From: Methanobacteriota archaeon
GTDB lineage: Archaea; Halobacteriota; Bog-38; Methanoflorentales; Methanoflorentaceae
Assembly: GCA_963719035.1 (NCBI GenBank)
Contig: CAVRAO010000006.1
Location: 96,001 to 160,000 of the forward strand
DNA: 64,000 bases
Direction of reading: 5' to 3'
The translations under genes were made by a program, and so were the position numbers. Of the stretch, positions 61,528 through 64,000 are shown piece after piece; position 1 is the first letter of the stretch, and each line of letters opens with the position of its first letter. The notes below the pieces were generated by a model. It was not told the DNA's origin. It saw only the letters and a program-made list of their open reading frames with translations, and ran no database searches.

Positions 61528-61536
61528 GGAGGGGAC

Positions 61537-62076
61537 ATGGCGAGATCAAAGGCTCATATCGAAGGCAGAGTGTGGAAGTTTGGAGATAACGTCGATACGG
61601 ATGCAATTATCCCAGGCAAGTATCTCGTGCTCAACTCATCAAAAGATCTCGCAAAGCACGCTTTCGAAAACGTACGACCTAACTTTGCGAGTCAAGTCAT
61701 CAAAGGTGATGTCGTCGTCGGCGGAGAAAATTTCGGTTGCGGCTCCTCAAGAGAGCACGCCCCGCTGGCTCTAAAGGATAACGTTGGCGTCGTGCTCGCA
61801 CGTTCGTTTGCGCGAATTTTTTTTCGAAATGCCATTGATATCGGACTGCCGGTTGTTGAATGCGACACGACAGAAATTGAGGATGGGGATATCGTACACG
61901 TTGATCTAGAGAAGGGCAACATCTACAACAAGACAAAGAACAAGGAGATTCCAATAACCCCTTTTCCGCCGTTTATTAAGAACATCATAGATGCTGGAGG
62001 CCTCGTTCAGTACATAAAAAACAGTGCGCAGCTTGAAAGCCGAGAGCCTCGCGAACTCGAGACAGAGAAGTATTAA
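61537..62076 (+). CDS. leuD: 3-isopropylmalate dehydratase small subunit
   Basis: [30 protein letters not shown]. Confidence 0.85.
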   Translation: MARSKAHIEGRVWKFGDNVDTDAIIPGKYLVLNSSKDLAKHAFENVRPNFASQVIKGDVVVGGENFGCGSSREHAPLALKDNVGVVLARSFARIFFRNAIDIGLPVVECDTTEIEDGDIVHVDLEKGNIYNKTKNKEIPITPFPPFIKNIIDAGGLVQYIKNSAQLESREPRELETEKY

Positions 62077-62123
62077 TCGCGTTATGTCACATCGATTTGC
62101 TGAATACTGATGGTGAAGCGGAA

Positions 62124-63254
62124 ATGAAAACGTATAAAATCCCCGTAATCGCTGGCGACGGCGTCGGCCCTGAGGTCATTGCAGAAGGAAAAAAGGTTCT
62201 CGAAGCAGCTGGCGACAACTACGGATTCAACATTGAGTGGAAAGAGTACCCATATGGGGCAGAGCATTATCTCTCTACTGGAGAGCTTATCTCAGAAGAC
62301 GCGCTCAAAGAACTGAGCGGCTACAACGCAATATACCTTGGCTCAGTCGGAGACGTGCGTGTCCCATCGGGAGTGCTCGAGCGCGGCGTGCTATTCGCGC
62401 TGAGATTTTATCTCGATCAATACATAAATCTGCGACCTATTCGGTTGCTGGAGGGTGTAGAGACGCCAGTTCGAGACAAAGGTCCTGAAGATATTAATTT
62501 CATTGTGGTGCGCGAAAACTCTGAAGACCTTTATGTTGGTGTTGGCGGGCGCACTAAGAGCGGCAAAGTACATCACGATGACGAAGTAATCCGCAACCTG
62601 TATAGCGTCAAGTTTGGTCTCGATATTGACTCTGACAGCGACGAAATTGCATATCAAATCGGGCTTATCTCAGCTGAAGGGACAAAACGCGTGATGGAGT
62701 ACGCTTTTGACTTGGCTACAAAAAGGAAGAAACACGTATCGAGCGTCGACAAGATGAATGCTATGACGGACATTTACGGCTTCTGGCGTGAGATATTCAC
62801 CAAAATCGCCGCAGGCTATCCAGATGTAAAAACGGAGTTCAACCTCGTCGACGCTATGACTATGTGGATCGTTAAAAACCCGGAATGGTTTGACGTAGTT
62901 GTCGCGCCGAACTTATTCGGGGACATTATTACGGATCTCGGGGCTATGGTGCAAGGTGGGCTTGGGCTTGCCCCCGGGGGTAACATAAATCCAAAAGGAA
63001 CTTCAATGTTTGAACCGATTCACGGTTCGGCTCCAAAATATAAAGGCTTAAACAAGATCAACCCGATTGCGACAATTTGGGCTGGAGCAATGCTCCTCGA
63101 GAGTCTCGGGGAAACTCAAGCTGCAAGCGGCGTTATGCACGCAATCGAGTGCAATCTGCGCGCCCGCAAAGTGAGAACGTTTGACTTAGGAGGGAGCTCG
63201 ACCACATCAGAAGTCGGGATCGACATAACGAGATATGTCAGGCAGTCCCTATAG
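62124..63254 (+). CDS. leuB: 3-isopropylmalate (isocitrate/isopropylmalate family) dehydrogenase
   Basis: [34 protein letters not shown]. Confidence 0.85.
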   Translation: MKTYKIPVIAGDGVGPEVIAEGKKVLEAAGDNYGFNIEWKEYPYGAEHYLSTGELISEDALKELSGYNAIYLGSVGDVRVPSGVLERGVLFALRFYLDQYINLRPIRLLEGVETPVRDKGPEDINFIVVRENSEDLYVGVGGRTKSGKVHHDDEVIRNLYSVKFGLDIDSDSDEIAYQIGLISAEGTKRVMEYAFDLATKRKKHVSSVDKMNAMTDIYGFWREIFTKIAAGYPDVKTEFNLVDAMTMWIVKNPEWFDVVVAPNLFGDIITDLGAMVQGGLGLAPGGNINPKGTSMFEPIHGSAPKYKGLNKINPIATIWAGAMLLESLGETQAASGVMHAIECNLRARKVRTFDLGGSSTTSEVGIDITRYVRQSL

Positions 63255-63307
63255 GTCAGCAAGGTTGAAAAACCGATTTATACCGCTATAAATATAGAGT
63301 TATGCGA

Positions 63308-63379
63308 GTCCTGGTGGGGTAGTGGATATCCTATGAGCCTGCGGAGCTCAAGACTCGGGTTCGAATCCCGGCCGGGACG
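63308..63379 (+). tRNA. tRNA-Arg(GCG)
   Basis: GTCCTGG/CCGGGAC acceptor, TGAGC-CTGCGGA-GCTCA anticodon arm, GTTCGAATC. Confidence 0.95.
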
Positions 63380-63792
63380 CTCCATTCATACCTAAAACAA
63401 CTCTACAAAGGGTTACGCGCGGGAACAACCGCTAAACTAGCATTAGAAGTTCACCTAGGAAAGCAAAGCTGTTACCTACTTTTTTGCGATTTTTTCCTAA
63501 AGCTTGCCGCAAGCGATAGGTTTGGCATTATTTGATAGCGGTGGTCCCGACGACATCTCCAGCCCATATGTAAGAGAGGGTGGGCTTAAAAAACCTAAAA
63601 CACTTCGTAAATCGTCTATAACCTCTTCTAGAATTGCCAGCATTTCCCATTGTGACTGTGATCAAGTGCCAAATCTGCATCCTTAAGCTAAGCCCTGCTT
63701 GAAATCGTAAAGGTGCACAATGCGTGTGTGTCGAAAGATATTAGCTCTCGAAAAATCAAAAAAAGACGTTTAGAGGGATTGCAGACCCTACG

Positions 63793-64000
63793 CTAGTTTT
63801 TGTGTGCGTCGTTAATAGCCTTTCTTATCACGTCTGTTTCTTTTGAACGAAACACCTGACATTCGTGGTCTTCATAGGTGATACCTCTAACGATGACTAT
63901 CGGGACACCGCCTGCCCCTTCTCCCATCATAAGGTTGGCGAGCCCCGCTATCTCATCGCCCACGCCTTCGTTTGTTATTTCCAGTACTTTCCCTACGAGG
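63793..64000 (-). CDS. cofE: Coenzyme F420:L-glutamate ligase, 3' end (runs off window; extra A near 63843)
   Basis: GKVLEITNEGVGDEIAGLANLMMGEG.GG.P.VIVRG; removing one A gives RSKETDVIRKA. Confidence 0.75.
   Translation of the reverse strand, partial: LVGKVLEITNEGVGDEIAGLANLMMGEGAGGVPIVIVRGITYEDHECQVFRSKETDVIRKAINDAHKN

Noticed and set aside
54034-63379. tRNA genes as att sites of an integrated element
   Set aside because: No duplicated tRNA 3' ends or integrase noticed; flanks are housekeeping genes

Overview
Chromosomal window from an archaeon, probably a methanogen-like member of Halobacteriota. The evidence is DP1 of PolD, RadA, RPA, rps17e, a ThiDN fusion, CofE, NrdD with NrdH, and a tRNA with a BHB intron. 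The right third (46-64 kb) is housekeeping: thiDN-rps17e-dapAB, DP1, sec11, pgk, tRNA-Thr, thyA, thiC/bzaF-like, radA, rpa, leuCDB, tRNA-Arg, cofE. The 6.7-45 kb stretch is mostly accessory: PKD/Ig surface proteins, lipoproteins, a glycosylation cluster, arsR-cadA and a B12 radical SAM enzyme. The most notable candidate system is at 18.7-22.8 kb: a TPR-SLOG-RyR protein, a double-SLATT membrane effector, and a receptor-like TIR-TM-PsbP protein, followed by a HEAT-repeat gene. This may be a nucleotide-second-messenger defence or signalling module. Other signals: a canonical ORB with no cdc6 in the window, a multi-stem structure upstream of nrdD, a duplicated nrdD 3' end flanking a PKD gene, an HTH-NadA fusion with a double-palindrome operator, rps17e starting at ACG, and a 62-nt tRNA-Thr intron. 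Many single-base frameshifts, including one in cofE, suggest uncorrected read errors, so pseudogene calls are provisional. All domain calls are by motif recognition, with no database search.
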